IMG/VR virus record: IMGVR_UViG_3300030108_004965
Coordinates: 96,001-160,000 of that record
Source of the DNA: a virus
Reading direction: 5' to 3' (one strand)
DNA: 64,000 bases
Part shown: one piece after another, positions 7,579 through 17,217 of the stretch
Layout: the number at the start of each line of letters is the position of its first letter
How positions within the stretch are numbered: the first letter of the stretch is position 1
The notes under the pieces: generated by a model
Told to the model about the DNA's origin: nothing
Seen by the model: only the letters and a program-made list of their open reading frames with translations
Databases searched by the model: none
Position numbers and translations under genes: made by a program

Positions 7579-7857
7579 TCATCCTCTTAAAATTTGTCGC
7601 TTCTTAACTTTACCATTAACTTCTGATGGTGTGCCCACCACTGTCAGTATTCTTGTTTGATTCCCTTCAGACAAGACTATCCTACTGAACTTTACTCCTT
7701 CTACGAGACCCAAGTTCGTTACTTCGTTGACAAGATTTTGGTTTGCGTTTATGTCTTCCGATACAGAGATAATGTGTGCTGAGTTTATATAAATTTCATT
7801 TAAAAATGCAGTGCCTCCGCGCATACCTCTCTTTACTTCAACTAGTTTAATCAGCAC
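7579..7857 (-). CDS. Hypothetical protein, FlbD-like pattern
   Basis: MLIKL...IYINSAHIISVSE... Confidence 0.6.
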   Translation of the reverse strand: MLIKLVEVKRGMRGGTAFLNEIYINSAHIISVSEDINANQNLVNEVTNLGLVEGVKFSRIVLSEGNQTRILTVVGTPSEVNGKVKKRQILRG

Positions 7858-8095
7858 AAGCCACCTCCTGTATGTTGTGTCTTATATTTTTCGTAGGCAC
7901 AGTCCAATTGTCTCCGCCCATCATTACCAAGCATTGGTTGTTTTCTTTGAACTCTAAAAAGATAGCGACATTAGGCGCAGTTGTTTGGTAAAAATTAGAA
8001 AACAGATCATCTTTGCCGGGAATCCTAGGTCTGTTCATCAGTGTCCCCGCTGGGATCCATAGTAGGTCGCCCTTCTGGTACATTTTTCTCTCCAT
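7847..8095 (-). CDS. SH3-like hypothetical protein
   Basis: KGDLLWIP... Confidence 0.65.
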   Translation of the reverse strand: MERKMYQKGDLLWIPAGTLMNRPRIPGKDDLFSNFYQTTAPNVAIFLEFKENNQCLVMMGGDNWTVPTKNIRHNIQEVACAD

Positions 8096-8351
8096 TATAA
8101 TAATTGTTCAAGCCAATCAATATGGCTTCGACATCGCCCATAATTAGATCTGCTATGTTCAATTTTTTACGCACTTTATCAAACATTTCTAAAATTAGGT
8201 CGTAGTTGTCGTTTGCCTCTTCGATGTTCTCGAGTGCTTTCTTCAATACATCACAGGCTTGTTTTAGTTCGAATTGGGCATTGTATCCCAAAGTTTCGGC
8301 TTGTTCAGGAACCTCTTCGATTTCCATCCCATAAGATATTCTTACTCTCAT
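8025..8351 (-). CDS. Hypothetical coiled-coil protein
   Basis: RBS GGAGGT. Confidence 0.75.
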   Translation of the reverse strand: MRVRISYGMEIEEVPEQAETLGYNAQFELKQACDVLKKALENIEEANDNYDLILEMFDKVRKKLNIADLIMGDVEAILIGLNNYYNGEKNVPEGRPTMDPSGDTDEQT

Positions 8352-8361
8352 TTTACCTCCA

Positions 8362-8622
8362 TTAAAATAAATTTGAGTATAATGCTTGGACTATCAGTCC
8401 GGTTATAGCAAGACCAAATGACCATATAAATTTCGACATGCCTGCTTGCCATTGCTCTAGGTCACGAACGCGAGCATACAAACCCTGCTCTGGATTGTAG
8501 ATTGCTTCTTTGATCTTTTTTACATCATCAAACATCTCTGCTTGTCTGTCAGCCATACGTTGAATTTGATGTGCAAGATCAACTATTGCATCTTTTAAGT
8601 CTTGGTGATCGTTCTCGCTCAT
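8362..8622 (-). CDS. Coiled-coil plus C-terminal TM protein (holin/XhlA-like architecture)
   Basis: ARVRDLEQWQ followed by hydrophobic FIWSFGLAITGLIVQAL. Confidence 0.55.
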   Translation of the reverse strand: MSENDHQDLKDAIVDLAHQIQRMADRQAEMFDDVKKIKEAIYNPEQGLYARVRDLEQWQAGMSKFIWSFGLAITGLIVQALYSNLF

Positions 8623-8651
8623 AATCGTAAACCCTCTGATACTAAGTAGTA

Positions 8652-10220
8652 TCAACAAGCCACAATAGCATGGGACGTTGTCAATAAAGTTCCCGCAGCA
8701 CTCGTAGCATTACGCAAAGCGCACTTGGTAACTTTACAAGGATCAATGATTCCTTTCTCGTAGGTACTAGTCAGTTCCCTATTCAAAAAATCATAGCCAA
8801 TATCTCCCTCGCATGACTTTACGTTTTTAACTATAATGTCTGCAGACTCTCCAGCATTTGTTGCCATTTGTCTCAAAGGTACCTCGCATGCCTTTAGCAC
8901 CACTTGTGCACCCAGAGATTGTTCTTCATTGTCTGTCTCAACAAACAAGCCGGTGGTGGCTCTGAGTAAGGCTACTCCACCGCCCGGTACTATACCCTCT
9001 TCCTGCGCAGACCTAACAGCCTCTAGAGCATCATCAATACGGTGGCGCTTCTCAATCATTTCTACTTCAGTTTGAGCACCCACTTTGATCACCGCTACAC
9101 CCGATGCCAGTCTGGTTATTCTTTCCTGAAGTCTTTCGCACTCAGAAAGATTGTCTGTTTGTTTTATCAGTGCCTTTACGGTCTCGATTGTATCATCAAT
9201 CTTTTGATTATTTCCCTTGCCTCCGACAACTGTTGTCCAAGTCTTGGTTATATTAATGTTTTTGCATTGCCCAAAGTGATTGAGGGTAACATCTTTTAAG
9301 GTCAGAGAGTTCTCTCTTGTAATGAATGTTGCTCCTGTGCTGACGCACAAGTCCTTCATTATGTTTCTTCTCTCCTCTCCATACTTTGGTGCTTTGATAG
9401 CACACACCTTCATTGTACCACGGACTGCATTGGCAATGAAAGCAGCAAGGGCTTGACCTTCAATGTCGTTTGATATCAAAACCAATGGACGATTGTCTCT
9501 TGCGGCAAGTTCGAGTACTTTCATTACCTGTTCAATGTGTTCAACCTTTTCATCTGTCACAAGAATAAGCGGATTGTCATAGTTCACCATTGCGTTTCTT
9601 TGGTCTGTGATAAAGGTGTTGCTAGCATACCCAGAATCGAATCTAAAGCCTTCAATAAGGTCTAGTGATGTATTCATACTCCGAGCCTCTTCAACGAGCA
9701 CAGAACCATCTTTACCGGCTTTGTCAATAGCGGTTGCAATAAGTTTACCAATTGATTTATCATTGTTGGCAGAGATGGTTGCAATGTGTCTTATGTCCTC
9801 GACAGTTTGAATGGGTCTCGACATTTCTGTGAGTTTCTCTGTGATAACTTCGACTGCTTTATCCATGCCACGTTTTAATTCAACAGGAGATACACCTGCT
9901 GTCATATACTTTTGTGCTTCTTTTAAGATCGCACGAGACAATACTGTTGCGGTGGTTGTTCCATCACCAGCAGAGTTCACTGTTTCTTCTGCTGCTTGCT
10001 TGATCACTTGTGCTCCAAGGTTTTGGAACGGGTCTTCAAGTTCAATGAACTTTGCAATTGTCACACCATCTTTGGTGATGACAGGTAGATTCTCTTCTTT
10101 ATGGTATAGTGCTACATTCCGCCCTCGAGGACCGAGAGTGGTTGCAACATTATCCGCAAGAATGTCAACTCCCTCCAGAATCTTTTGGTTGAGAGTTTGT
10201 CCTTGGTCATAATGTTTCAT
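8652..10220 (-). CDS. groEL: Chaperonin GroEL
   Basis: TLGPRGRNV, ITKDGVTIAK, AGDGTTTAT, EEGIVPGGG, GIIDP; no GGM tail. Confidence 0.98.
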   Translation of the reverse strand: MKHYDQGQTLNQKILEGVDILADNVATTLGPRGRNVALYHKEENLPVITKDGVTIAKFIELEDPFQNLGAQVIKQAAEETVNSAGDGTTTATVLSRAILKEAQKYMTAGVSPVELKRGMDKAVEVITEKLTEMSRPIQTVEDIRHIATISANNDKSIGKLIATAIDKAGKDGSVLVEEARSMNTSLDLIEGFRFDSGYASNTFITDQRNAMVNYDNPLILVTDEKVEHIEQVMKVLELAARDNRPLVLISNDIEGQALAAFIANAVRGTMKVCAIKAPKYGEERRNIMKDLCVSTGATFITRENSLTLKDVTLNHFGQCKNINITKTWTTVVGGKGNNQKIDDTIETVKALIKQTDNLSECERLQERITRLASGVAVIKVGAQTEVEMIEKRHRIDDALEAVRSAQEEGIVPGGGVALLRATTGLFVETDNEEQSLGAQVVLKACEVPLRQMATNAGESADIIVKNVKSCEGDIGYDFLNRELTSTYEKGIIDPCKVTKCALRNATSAAGTLLTTSHAIVAC

Positions 10221-10241
10221 TGTTCCTCCATTGTTTTATAT

Positions 10242-10270
10242 AATATAACCTTATATTGATTGTTTGTCAA
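10242..10270 (-). promoter_or_regulatory. Sigma70-type early promoter (groEL)
   Basis: TTGACA-17-TATATT. Confidence 0.8.
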
Positions 10271-10271
10271 G

Positions 10272-11834
10272 TTATTTTAATAACTTTTCTTCAATAATTG
10301 ATTCGATCAATTGATCAAGGGATAAATTGGATTCTTTGATTGTTTGACCGTAGTTTGTTGCTAGTAATTTCAGGTCTTTTGAGTATTTTTCTGATTTGCG
10401 CAGCGCGTCTTCACCTTTGGTAATTGTTGGTTCGGTCGAATAATCTTGTGTTGCGGTTTTCAACTGTCTTAAATCATCTAATAATGTTTTAAATTTTTTA
10501 AAAGTGTCCTCAACAACTGTATCAATTCCTTTGGCTGCTTCGCTAGCAAATTCGGTTAGGGTCTTTTTATTTGTTTGTGGCATAATAAAAGTTCCAATTT
10601 TATTCCAATCACCAGTTCTTTTACTAATAATTAATTGGCCATCGCCATCTATCAAGTCTTTGTTTTTTGTAAGATCATATTTGTTACCCTCAATAGAAAC
10701 TTCTGTCGGGCCTGTTTTTTCAACTATGACTCTATAGATGTCTAGGTTATATAATGCTTCAATGTCAGAAGTTTTTGTGCCCTGTTTATCGGTCTTGTAT
10801 GCTATTACATATTCAACAGGAAAGCCTTCTGTGAAGTTTTTCCACGATTGCGAAATTTTACTGCCATCCTGATAATATTTTGCACTACCTTTGGTTCCGT
10901 CCGCTTTTAAGAAGTCAGCCTCACCCATTCCACCAGCGATACCAGTTATTTTTCCTCCCGCTTGTCCTCCGGAAATATAAGCCAAAAAAGTTTCAAAATA
11001 ATATGCACCAGCACCGTGATCAATATTTTTTGCAAAATTGTTAAACATGTCTAAAATACCAATGTTTACAATAAAATTTTGCGATAACTTCATTAAATCC
11101 GTCTTGCTTCCAGCCGTATACCTGCCTTTCAAAGCATTTTTGACCTGCTTGGCGCCTTTAGAATTTGCAATTAAAAGTGAAAAATCAGTCAGTGTCTTAA
11201 GTCGAGTCGACAAATCAGTTCCAGTTGAGTTCATCGCAAAAAATCTATCGAAATAATTTTTTTGCTCCGCTGTCATTTCCGCTCGATCTCCAAGACCAGT
11301 CTGTATGTTCGGTGATGTTATCGATGGATCATCAACAACTTTTTGCGTGATTGCTTTTGGAGCCATTAACTTTTGGAAATCACTTAAAATCTTTTTATAA
11401 TCATTAGGAAAATAATTAGCAAAATTAGGAACCCTCTTTAATAAACCCCAGTTTTTAAGTTGAAAAAATTCCTTTTTAAATTTTTTTTTGTTGGTGCTTG
11501 AGATCTCACCCCAGACTGTTGGACCTAAGAAAATCTGCATCAACGCTACGTTATTTTTACTACTTGGTGACAACATTTTTTGCCCTTTCTTCACCTTTTT
11601 TTGCCTAATCAATTCCGAGTCGTCTTTAATGTCAGAATATGTGAAACTTTTAGTATCTGAATAGTCAAATACATCCGAATTCGACTGTTTTCTAAAGATG
11701 TCTTTTGTTTTCTTCGTGATGTATACACTATCAGAACCCAGTGCTTTCCTTAAGTCATCGACCTTTGTTCCTATTGGGATGTTTAATACTTCACTCAACA
11801 TCTGCTCGATCAACTTGTCCAATTCTTTGCTCAT
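10272..11834 (-). CDS. Hypothetical 520-aa protein, possibly virion-internal
   Basis: LIEQMLSE and LIESIIEE helices at the two ends. Confidence 0.75.
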   Translation of the reverse strand: MSKELDKLIEQMLSEVLNIPIGTKVDDLRKALGSDSVYITKKTKDIFRKQSNSDVFDYSDTKSFTYSDIKDDSELIRQKKVKKGQKMLSPSSKNNVALMQIFLGPTVWGEISSTNKKKFKKEFFQLKNWGLLKRVPNFANYFPNDYKKILSDFQKLMAPKAITQKVVDDPSITSPNIQTGLGDRAEMTAEQKNYFDRFFAMNSTGTDLSTRLKTLTDFSLLIANSKGAKQVKNALKGRYTAGSKTDLMKLSQNFIVNIGILDMFNNFAKNIDHGAGAYYFETFLAYISGGQAGGKITGIAGGMGEADFLKADGTKGSAKYYQDGSKISQSWKNFTEGFPVEYVIAYKTDKQGTKTSDIEALYNLDIYRVIVEKTGPTEVSIEGNKYDLTKNKDLIDGDGQLIISKRTGDWNKIGTFIMPQTNKKTLTEFASEAAKGIDTVVEDTFKKFKTLLDDLRQLKTATQDYSTEPTITKGEDALRKSEKYSKDLKLLATNYGQTIKESNLSLDQLIESIIEEKLLK

Positions 11835-12724
11835 TATAATTCCTCTAGTAATTTTTTAATGTCTAAACCAGCGCAATCAATCTTTCGCTTGGTCAAATGA
11901 TAATGGCTTATAAAGCCTTCAAAGCGCCCTTCAGAGGCTTTCTTGCTCACCTTGGTGTTCGTATTGCCTGCACGATCTAAAGGTGCCTGAAGGGGTATCC
12001 CCGTGCATTTATGAACGGCTTTCATGAGCGCCTTTAGGGCTTCGATTTGCACAGGATAGAAGCCGAGATGTTCTGGTAGTTTCTTGCCATGAACGTGTGC
12101 ATCTGTGATGATTGGGCGTGGACCGAAGTCTCGCTTCTCATACCAAGATTGATACTTTGTGTAATAGGCATTGCTTATCTCAACACCAACGGATCGGTCG
12201 TTCCAAACTTTACCTCCGGCATGCCAAGCAATGTCGTTCATATCCATAAACTGATAGATTGTACCATCGTTGTCGATTGAAAAGTGGACAGAGATTCCAC
12301 GCTTGGTGAGAACTCTATAGCAGGATTCTGCTGATAGACATACATCCCAATGACACACAAAGAACTTTGGATCTCTTTTGTACTTAGACTTTTTCCATCC
12401 GCTTCTTAATTTTAGACCTCCGCCTTCAAAAAACAACTTGACCTTTGGCCAGTCGATTGGAAAATACTCCGAGTTGTATATAATAAATGATTCCGTATTG
12501 TCCTTATGTCCCATAGGGGCATGCTCGTCCCAGTTGGCAATTCGTTGTGTATAGATTCTACGATATGTTGCAGGTCCGCAAAGACCGTCTGCTGTTATTT
12601 TATGTTCTTTTTGAAACTTTTCAATGGCAGCGACAAGTTTTTCACCATGCTTGTTGCAACCAAACCATTCCGGAGTCCATCCTAGTTTTGCGGCAGAGCC
12701 TTCATTATAAAAAATCTTATCCAT
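11834..12724 (-). CDS. Endolysin: peptidoglycan-binding domain plus N-acetylmuramoyl-L-alanine amidase
   Basis: AIEKFQKEHKITADGLCGPAT; HWD...SVHFSIDNDGTIYQ...AWHAG...SVGVEI...SHY..T..KIDC. Confidence 0.92.
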   Translation of the reverse strand: MDKIFYNEGSAAKLGWTPEWFGCNKHGEKLVAAIEKFQKEHKITADGLCGPATYRRIYTQRIANWDEHAPMGHKDNTESFIIYNSEYFPIDWPKVKLFFEGGGLKLRSGWKKSKYKRDPKFFVCHWDVCLSAESCYRVLTKRGISVHFSIDNDGTIYQFMDMNDIAWHAGGKVWNDRSVGVEISNAYYTKYQSWYEKRDFGPRPIITDAHVHGKKLPEHLGFYPVQIEALKALMKAVHKCTGIPLQAPLDRAGNTNTKVSKKASEGRFEGFISHYHLTKRKIDCAGLDIKKLLEEL

Positions 12725-13360
12725 CTATAGCACCTCGTCTGCCATGCCTCTTTCAATAGCCTCATCCGCTGATAAATAAACGTTTGAGTTCTTATTAATT
12801 AGTGTTTGAATCTGTCTTTTTGTCATCGAAGACTCCTCAGACAAACACTGCAAGTATATGTCTTGAAGATGATGCATGTTTTCCACCTCATTTTTCATAT
12901 GCTTAAGGTCTCCCATGTAACCAGCATTGACTGAGTGCAACATGATTTGGCAGTGTTTTCCGAGTTTTCTTTTGCCTTTGGTACCGGCTGCTAAAATTAG
13001 AGTTCCGGCGGACATTACCTTGCCAATGCCAATTGTTTCAATGTCACAAAACTGTTTGCACCAGTTCATAACATCATATACCCCAAACATTTCATGAGCC
13101 GATCCGCCAAAGGTTGAAACATAAATTTTTATATCCTCGGCTCTCTCTGCTTCTGGTTCTTTCTCTTGAGCAAGCACCAAAAGTGCTGAAATTAAGTCTG
13201 CTGTTTTCTCTTCGTTGACCTCTCCAACAAACATAATGCTTCTCTGTTCTGGGCCTTTGCTTAGAGACCCTAGGAGATCTACAACCGTTTGTGTTTCTTG
13301 TTCTCCGACCTCTTCAATTGATGACTCAGATTTTTTTGTTTTCTTTTTTCCAAAATACAT
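12725..13360 (-). CDS. clpP: ClpP-like protease subunit
   Basis: YVSTFGGS, GKVMSAG (Ser), IMLH (His), YLSADEA..G.AD. Confidence 0.9.
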   Translation of the reverse strand: MYFGKKKTKKSESSIEEVGEQETQTVVDLLGSLSKGPEQRSIMFVGEVNEEKTADLISALLVLAQEKEPEAERAEDIKIYVSTFGGSAHEMFGVYDVMNWCKQFCDIETIGIGKVMSAGTLILAAGTKGKRKLGKHCQIMLHSVNAGYMGDLKHMKNEVENMHHLQDIYLQCLSEESSMTKRQIQTLINKNSNVYLSADEAIERGMADEVL

Positions 13361-13380
13361 TTTATCTCCATAATAAAAAA

Positions 13381-13398
13381 GAGGGGACGAAACCCCTC
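13381..13398 (-). terminator. Intrinsic terminator
   Basis: GAGGGG-ACGAAA-CCCCTC with minus-strand U-run. Confidence 0.7.
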
Positions 13399-13434
13399 TA
13401 ATTAGATTTGTATAACAAGAATTAATCCTGTTTT

Positions 13435-14016
13435 TTATTTTCGTTGGCTACGAGTATGGCGCTTGTTTCCAAGAGCCTTGTTCATCTTGGCCTCAGCCTT
13501 TTTTGCTTCCAAAAGTCTTTTAGCTACGCGCTTTGCAACTTCTTGCACAATTTCTTTTCTACCGGGACGGTAGTTAATACCTTTGAGAGCCTCAGCAATC
13601 ATTTCTTCTTCCATTGGATCATCGTCCATTGGATCATCACCCATTGGTGCATCGTCCATTGGCTCTTCTTCTGCTCCGGCTGCGGAAGTAATTTGAGATA
13701 GAATGCTTACGGCTTGTTCTAGAACGTCTACATCTTCTCGAGAAAGATCAACATCAGCGGCGCCATCAGCATCCATTTCAATTGCTTCTTCGTCTTCTGC
13801 TGGTAGGTCTCCGCCTTCCATCTCAGCACCCATAGCAACTTCTTCTTCGGCTTCTTCTTGCATTACCTCTTCGTCGTCACGCTTATGGTCCATGCCATAG
13901 CCTTCTTCAACAGTTTCTTCTTCTTCATTTTTGGCATACATTTCATTGATTGGTGAAAGGTTTGCCAATTTTGCAAATCGGCGTACTTGCGCCTCGCTCA
14001 ATATTTTTTTAGCCAT
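13435..14016 (-). CDS. Acidic prohead core/internal head-like protein
   Basis: ILSEAQVRRFAKLANL N-terminus, Glu/Asp-rich body, basic C-terminus. Confidence 0.65.
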   Translation of the reverse strand: MAKKILSEAQVRRFAKLANLSPINEMYAKNEEEETVEEGYGMDHKRDDEEVMQEEAEEEVAMGAEMEGGDLPAEDEEAIEMDADGAADVDLSREDVDVLEQAVSILSQITSAAGAEEEPMDDAPMGDDPMDDDPMEEEMIAEALKGINYRPGRKEIVQEVAKRVAKRLLEAKKAEAKMNKALGNKRHTRSQRK

Positions 14017-14083
14017 AGTATTTCTCCTTAAAGCCTTTTTTCATTATAAATAGGATTAAAAATAATAAAAGAACACAATGAAA

Positions 14084-14431
14084 TCAAATTTCTGGGTGCT
14101 CTTTTGCTATAATATCAAAAATGTCATCTATCTCATCTTCAACAAAGCCAAAATCTTTTAATAATTCCTCAGACTTTTCTTGATCTTTTTTGATTTTTTC
14201 GCGTTGGATCTTTGACTGCTTTCCTTCAGCTTCCTTGTAATGATTGATAAACATTTCCATAACAGGATCCTTTTCAACAACCGCCTGCACACAGGCTCTG
14301 AGAAATTCTGATTGTGTCATGCTGTGATATTGCATACGTATTTTAAAATCTGCATGCAGAGTGTCTTTTGCATAAAATGTGAATTTCTTAGTGTCCTTGG
14401 CGTACTTATTTGGCATCTTTATCTTTGACAT
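14084..14431 (-). CDS. Hypothetical protein, possible ribbon-helix-helix
   Basis: KFTFY...LHADFKIR...MTQSEFLRACV. Confidence 0.6.
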   Translation of the reverse strand: MSKIKMPNKYAKDTKKFTFYAKDTLHADFKIRMQYHSMTQSEFLRACVQAVVEKDPVMEMFINHYKEAEGKQSKIQREKIKKDQEKSEELLKDFGFVEDEIDDIFDIIAKEHPEI

Positions 14432-14681
14432 CCTGTATGATTTTTTGTGCTGTATTCCAACAATCTGGACAATACAGTCTTACTATCTTTTCTTCCTCTT
14501 TAACAACTACATTCCAAGTTTTAACCATCTGTTTATCTTTGTTATCGTAGGGAGCAAGACAAGCAGAACATTGATCCGGTAGAAGATCAAACAAGCCTAC
14601 TATTTTATCTATTTCTTTGTTAGGTTTGTGACCTTTTTTTTTCTTAGATTTTTGCGCTGCTCGTCTTTGTGCCCTATTCAT
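14406..14681 (-). CDS. Zn-finger hypothetical protein
   Basis: CSAC...CPDC. Confidence 0.75.
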   Translation of the reverse strand: MNRAQRRAAQKSKKKKGHKPNKEIDKIVGLFDLLPDQCSACLAPYDNKDKQMVKTWNVVVKEEEKIVRLYCPDCWNTAQKIIQDVKDKDAK

Positions 14682-14983
14682 TATTTCTCCTTTCTTAAGT
14701 TATCATAAATGTCGATCAGTGCATCAATGTCAACATCATTTTTAAGCAGACGATAAGCCCGAACAGTTAGGCTGATGTCTTCTTTTGTTAACCAACCGCT
14801 GTCAATGTAGTCAGCCTTCAGTTCACGCTTTTGTTCTTTGAATGGCTCCATCGCATCTTCTAGTGCCTTCATTGACTTGATGTAGTCAGCCATGTGCTGC
14901 TCTTTTGTTTTAAAGCAAGCCTCTTCGTAGTCCTCAACAATTTCAGTTGGGTTATTAGTATATACTTCAAATTTAGTCATCAT
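14681..14983 (-). CDS. GapR/DsbA-like (DUF2312-like) DNA-binding protein
   Basis: YIKSMKALEDAMEPFKEQKRELK...VRAYRLLK. Confidence 0.55.
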   Translation of the reverse strand: MMTKFEVYTNNPTEIVEDYEEACFKTKEQHMADYIKSMKALEDAMEPFKEQKRELKADYIDSGWLTKEDISLTVRAYRLLKNDVDIDALIDIYDNLRKEK

Positions 14984-15200
14984 CTTGTTCCTCCACTATT
15001 TCTTCAATTTGATTATGATTATATTGTACTCCCAGATAATCCATTAATGAACCGGGATCTTGAAACTCTACTGTTTCCAAAATATCTTCTTCTATAAAGA
15101 TTTCCATGTTACCAACTTCATTTCTGCTGATTCCATAAATTTGTGATGGATTTATCCACCAGTCTTCTCCATCTACTGTTTTAATTAATACAAAAGTCAT
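14973..15200 (-). CDS. Hypothetical protein, FlbD-like pattern
   Basis: VLIKTVDGEDWWINPSQI. Confidence 0.6.
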   Translation of the reverse strand: MTFVLIKTVDGEDWWINPSQIYGISRNEVGNMEIFIEEDILETVEFQDPGSLMDYLGVQYNHNQIEEIVEEQDDD

Positions 15201-15201
15201 G

Positions 15202-15411
15202 TTAACCTCCTATTAATGAATGACTTGATGCTCTTTGTATGTAATCAAGAGCATGATCAATTGTTGTAAATTGTGTTCTAATGGTCGGGCCACCAGATAA
15301 AGAGATTATTACATCTTTGCTTCCACTGGAGCAGTACCATATTTGTGCTATTTGATTAGGGTTCACTAAAACTACCTCGCCACTGTTAGCAGTTATTTGT
15401 ATCATTCTCAT
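15202..15411 (-). CDS. FlbD/SwrD-like small protein
   Basis: MIQITANSGEVVLVNPNQIAQI...IISLSGG. Confidence 0.6.
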   Translation of the reverse strand: MRMIQITANSGEVVLVNPNQIAQIWYCSSGSKDVIISLSGGPTIRTQFTTIDHALDYIQRASSHSLIGG

Positions 15412-15520
15412 TATATCCTCCTATTTTTGATTTAATGTATAATCCCACAAAAGGGATTGATGATGCCGCAGCAAAAAGAATGTTCCATTCGCCATGACAG
15501 TTTAAAAAATGTTGCATCAT
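15386..15520 (-). CDS. Small putative membrane protein, 44 aa
   Basis: Hand translation MMQHFLNCHGEWNILFAAASSIPFVGLYIKSKIGG...; ATGA-coupled to the methyltransferase. Confidence 0.5.
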   Translation of the reverse strand: MMQHFLNCHGEWNILFAAASSIPFVGLYIKSKIGGYNENDTNNC

Positions 15521-16527
15521 ACCTCCAACTTAAAATTTTTTAACCCAAACCACTTATTTAACTCATAATTTATCTCTTGAATCGACAAGGCTTGCACATA
15601 AGCAACGTTATTATAGTATTTTGAAAAATCTATCTTTCTTAGCGCATCCTTGACATCTTCTCTATCGATTTTTAAATACATTGTTGTGGTTTTAGCCTCG
15701 ACAGAGGGTTCTGTAATCTCGCGGCATTTGCCACAAGAGTGTCCAAAAACAATTATTTCAAAATTAGCACCTTTAACAAAATCTGGTCTGTTGACTTTCA
15801 CCTTTTCATAACAGTCTGTTTCAAATGGTACATATTTACCATCTATGAACTCAAACAGTTCTTTCTTAATTTTCTTATGTGATATAACCTTTTTCTGCTT
15901 TGGTGTAATTTTTTTAATAAGTTTGTGGTCCGGTATCTTAATCGTCTTACGTTTCTTTTTCTTTCGCTGCCAGATTTGAAATACAGTATTTAATACATCC
16001 GCTTCTTTGCTTGTTCCATCTGGAAGATAAAAACAATTTTTGGGCATTTCTATATCAGAAATCAAATGATAGTGGCGGTCTAATGAATTGTGCACTGTCC
16101 ATTTTCTCCAAGACTTTGGCACAAGATAACAAATATACTCACAGTGAGTTGTAGCATGTTCAAAAAACTGTTTTGCCAAAGAACTCGCCCTCCCAAAGGG
16201 AGGGTTCGTTATGGAGATAAGATCATTATGATCAGAAAAATTAGTTTTAAGATAGTTACCTTTTTTTACCAAAGGGTGTTTGGGCTCAATGTCATATGAG
16301 ATTATGTTACTGGTTGGTACACCAATCCGTTGGAAGCCTTTTATGAACTCACCAGTGCCTCCACAGGGCTCCAATAAAGTCTTGCCTTTTAAATCAATGT
16401 GCTTTTGTACTTCTGCTAGGCAAAGATCAACTACGTCTACATTTGTATAGTATTGTTCTTTCCCTGTCGTTCTAGTGTTCGCATAAGATTGTTTATTTTT
16501 GTGTCCTGCCTTAACATTGTTGCTCAT
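15517..16527 (-). CDS. N6-adenine/N4-cytosine DNA methyltransferase
   Basis: QYYT, LLEPCGGTGEF (motif I), TNPPFG (motif IV). Confidence 0.9.
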   Translation of the reverse strand: MSNNVKAGHKNKQSYANTRTTGKEQYYTNVDVVDLCLAEVQKHIDLKGKTLLEPCGGTGEFIKGFQRIGVPTSNIISYDIEPKHPLVKKGNYLKTNFSDHNDLISITNPPFGRASSLAKQFFEHATTHCEYICYLVPKSWRKWTVHNSLDRHYHLISDIEMPKNCFYLPDGTSKEADVLNTVFQIWQRKKKKRKTIKIPDHKLIKKITPKQKKVISHKKIKKELFEFIDGKYVPFETDCYEKVKVNRPDFVKGANFEIIVFGHSCGKCREITEPSVEAKTTTMYLKIDREDVKDALRKIDFSKYYNNVAYVQALSIQEINYELNKWFGLKNFKLEV

Positions 16528-17185
16528 TTATAGCCTCCAATTTCTTACATAAGTTTGATGTATCCACTTCCAGATACGGCCAGTTTATTTTTTTCTTTTG
16601 TTCTTTTCCGTTGCCATCTGTCCACTTGTGATCATAACTCTTGGTGTGCGGACCACATTCAGAAATTAGATTGTCTGTTAAAACAGAAGTCTCTACGAAG
16701 ATTATACGAATGTCTTCTAGGTTTGCTATGGATTTCATACCACAAGTTTCAGTTAACATATAATAATCATCGTGATAAGAGGATTCAAAAACAATCTTCT
16801 TCATTGCCTCGAGGGTTTGATCACTTTGCTTAAGGGCTGTTATGCCTCCATTACTAGCAAAAAACTTAGAAGCGCCTGTTCTAATTGGCTTTAGATTATT
16901 GAACTCACTGGTGGTGAAACCTTTTAGTTCGAGCGTCTTTTTGCCCCAATAAAGATCAGGCTCAGAGTTACCTTGTCCTCCAACTGTTATTTGTCCACTA
17001 GAAAGGATGGCTATAATTTTTTGAAACCAATAGTGGTTCACTCTTCCGTTAGTTATAATAGTATCAACATACTTTTGCATTATCTGCAAGCCACGAACAA
17101 ACTCGTTGTATTGTTGTATTGCTTCCTTTGAAGCATGCTTCTTTAGTTGTCCGATTGTAAAGATTTTGTTAACAAAGTTTTTCAT
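16511..17185 (-). CDS. Putative PD-(D/E)XK restriction-type endonuclease
   Basis: EPDLYWGKKTLELKGF; overlaps the MTase start. Confidence 0.55.
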   Translation of the reverse strand: MKNFVNKIFTIGQLKKHASKEAIQQYNEFVRGLQIMQKYVDTIITNGRVNHYWFQKIIAILSSGQITVGGQGNSEPDLYWGKKTLELKGFTTSEFNNLKPIRTGASKFFASNGGITALKQSDQTLEAMKKIVFESSYHDDYYMLTETCGMKSIANLEDIRIIFVETSVLTDNLISECGPHTKSYDHKWTDGNGKEQKKKINWPYLEVDTSNLCKKLEAINEQQC

Positions 17186-17217
17186 ATTGTCCTCCTATGA
17201 TTCTTTATTATGTTTAT

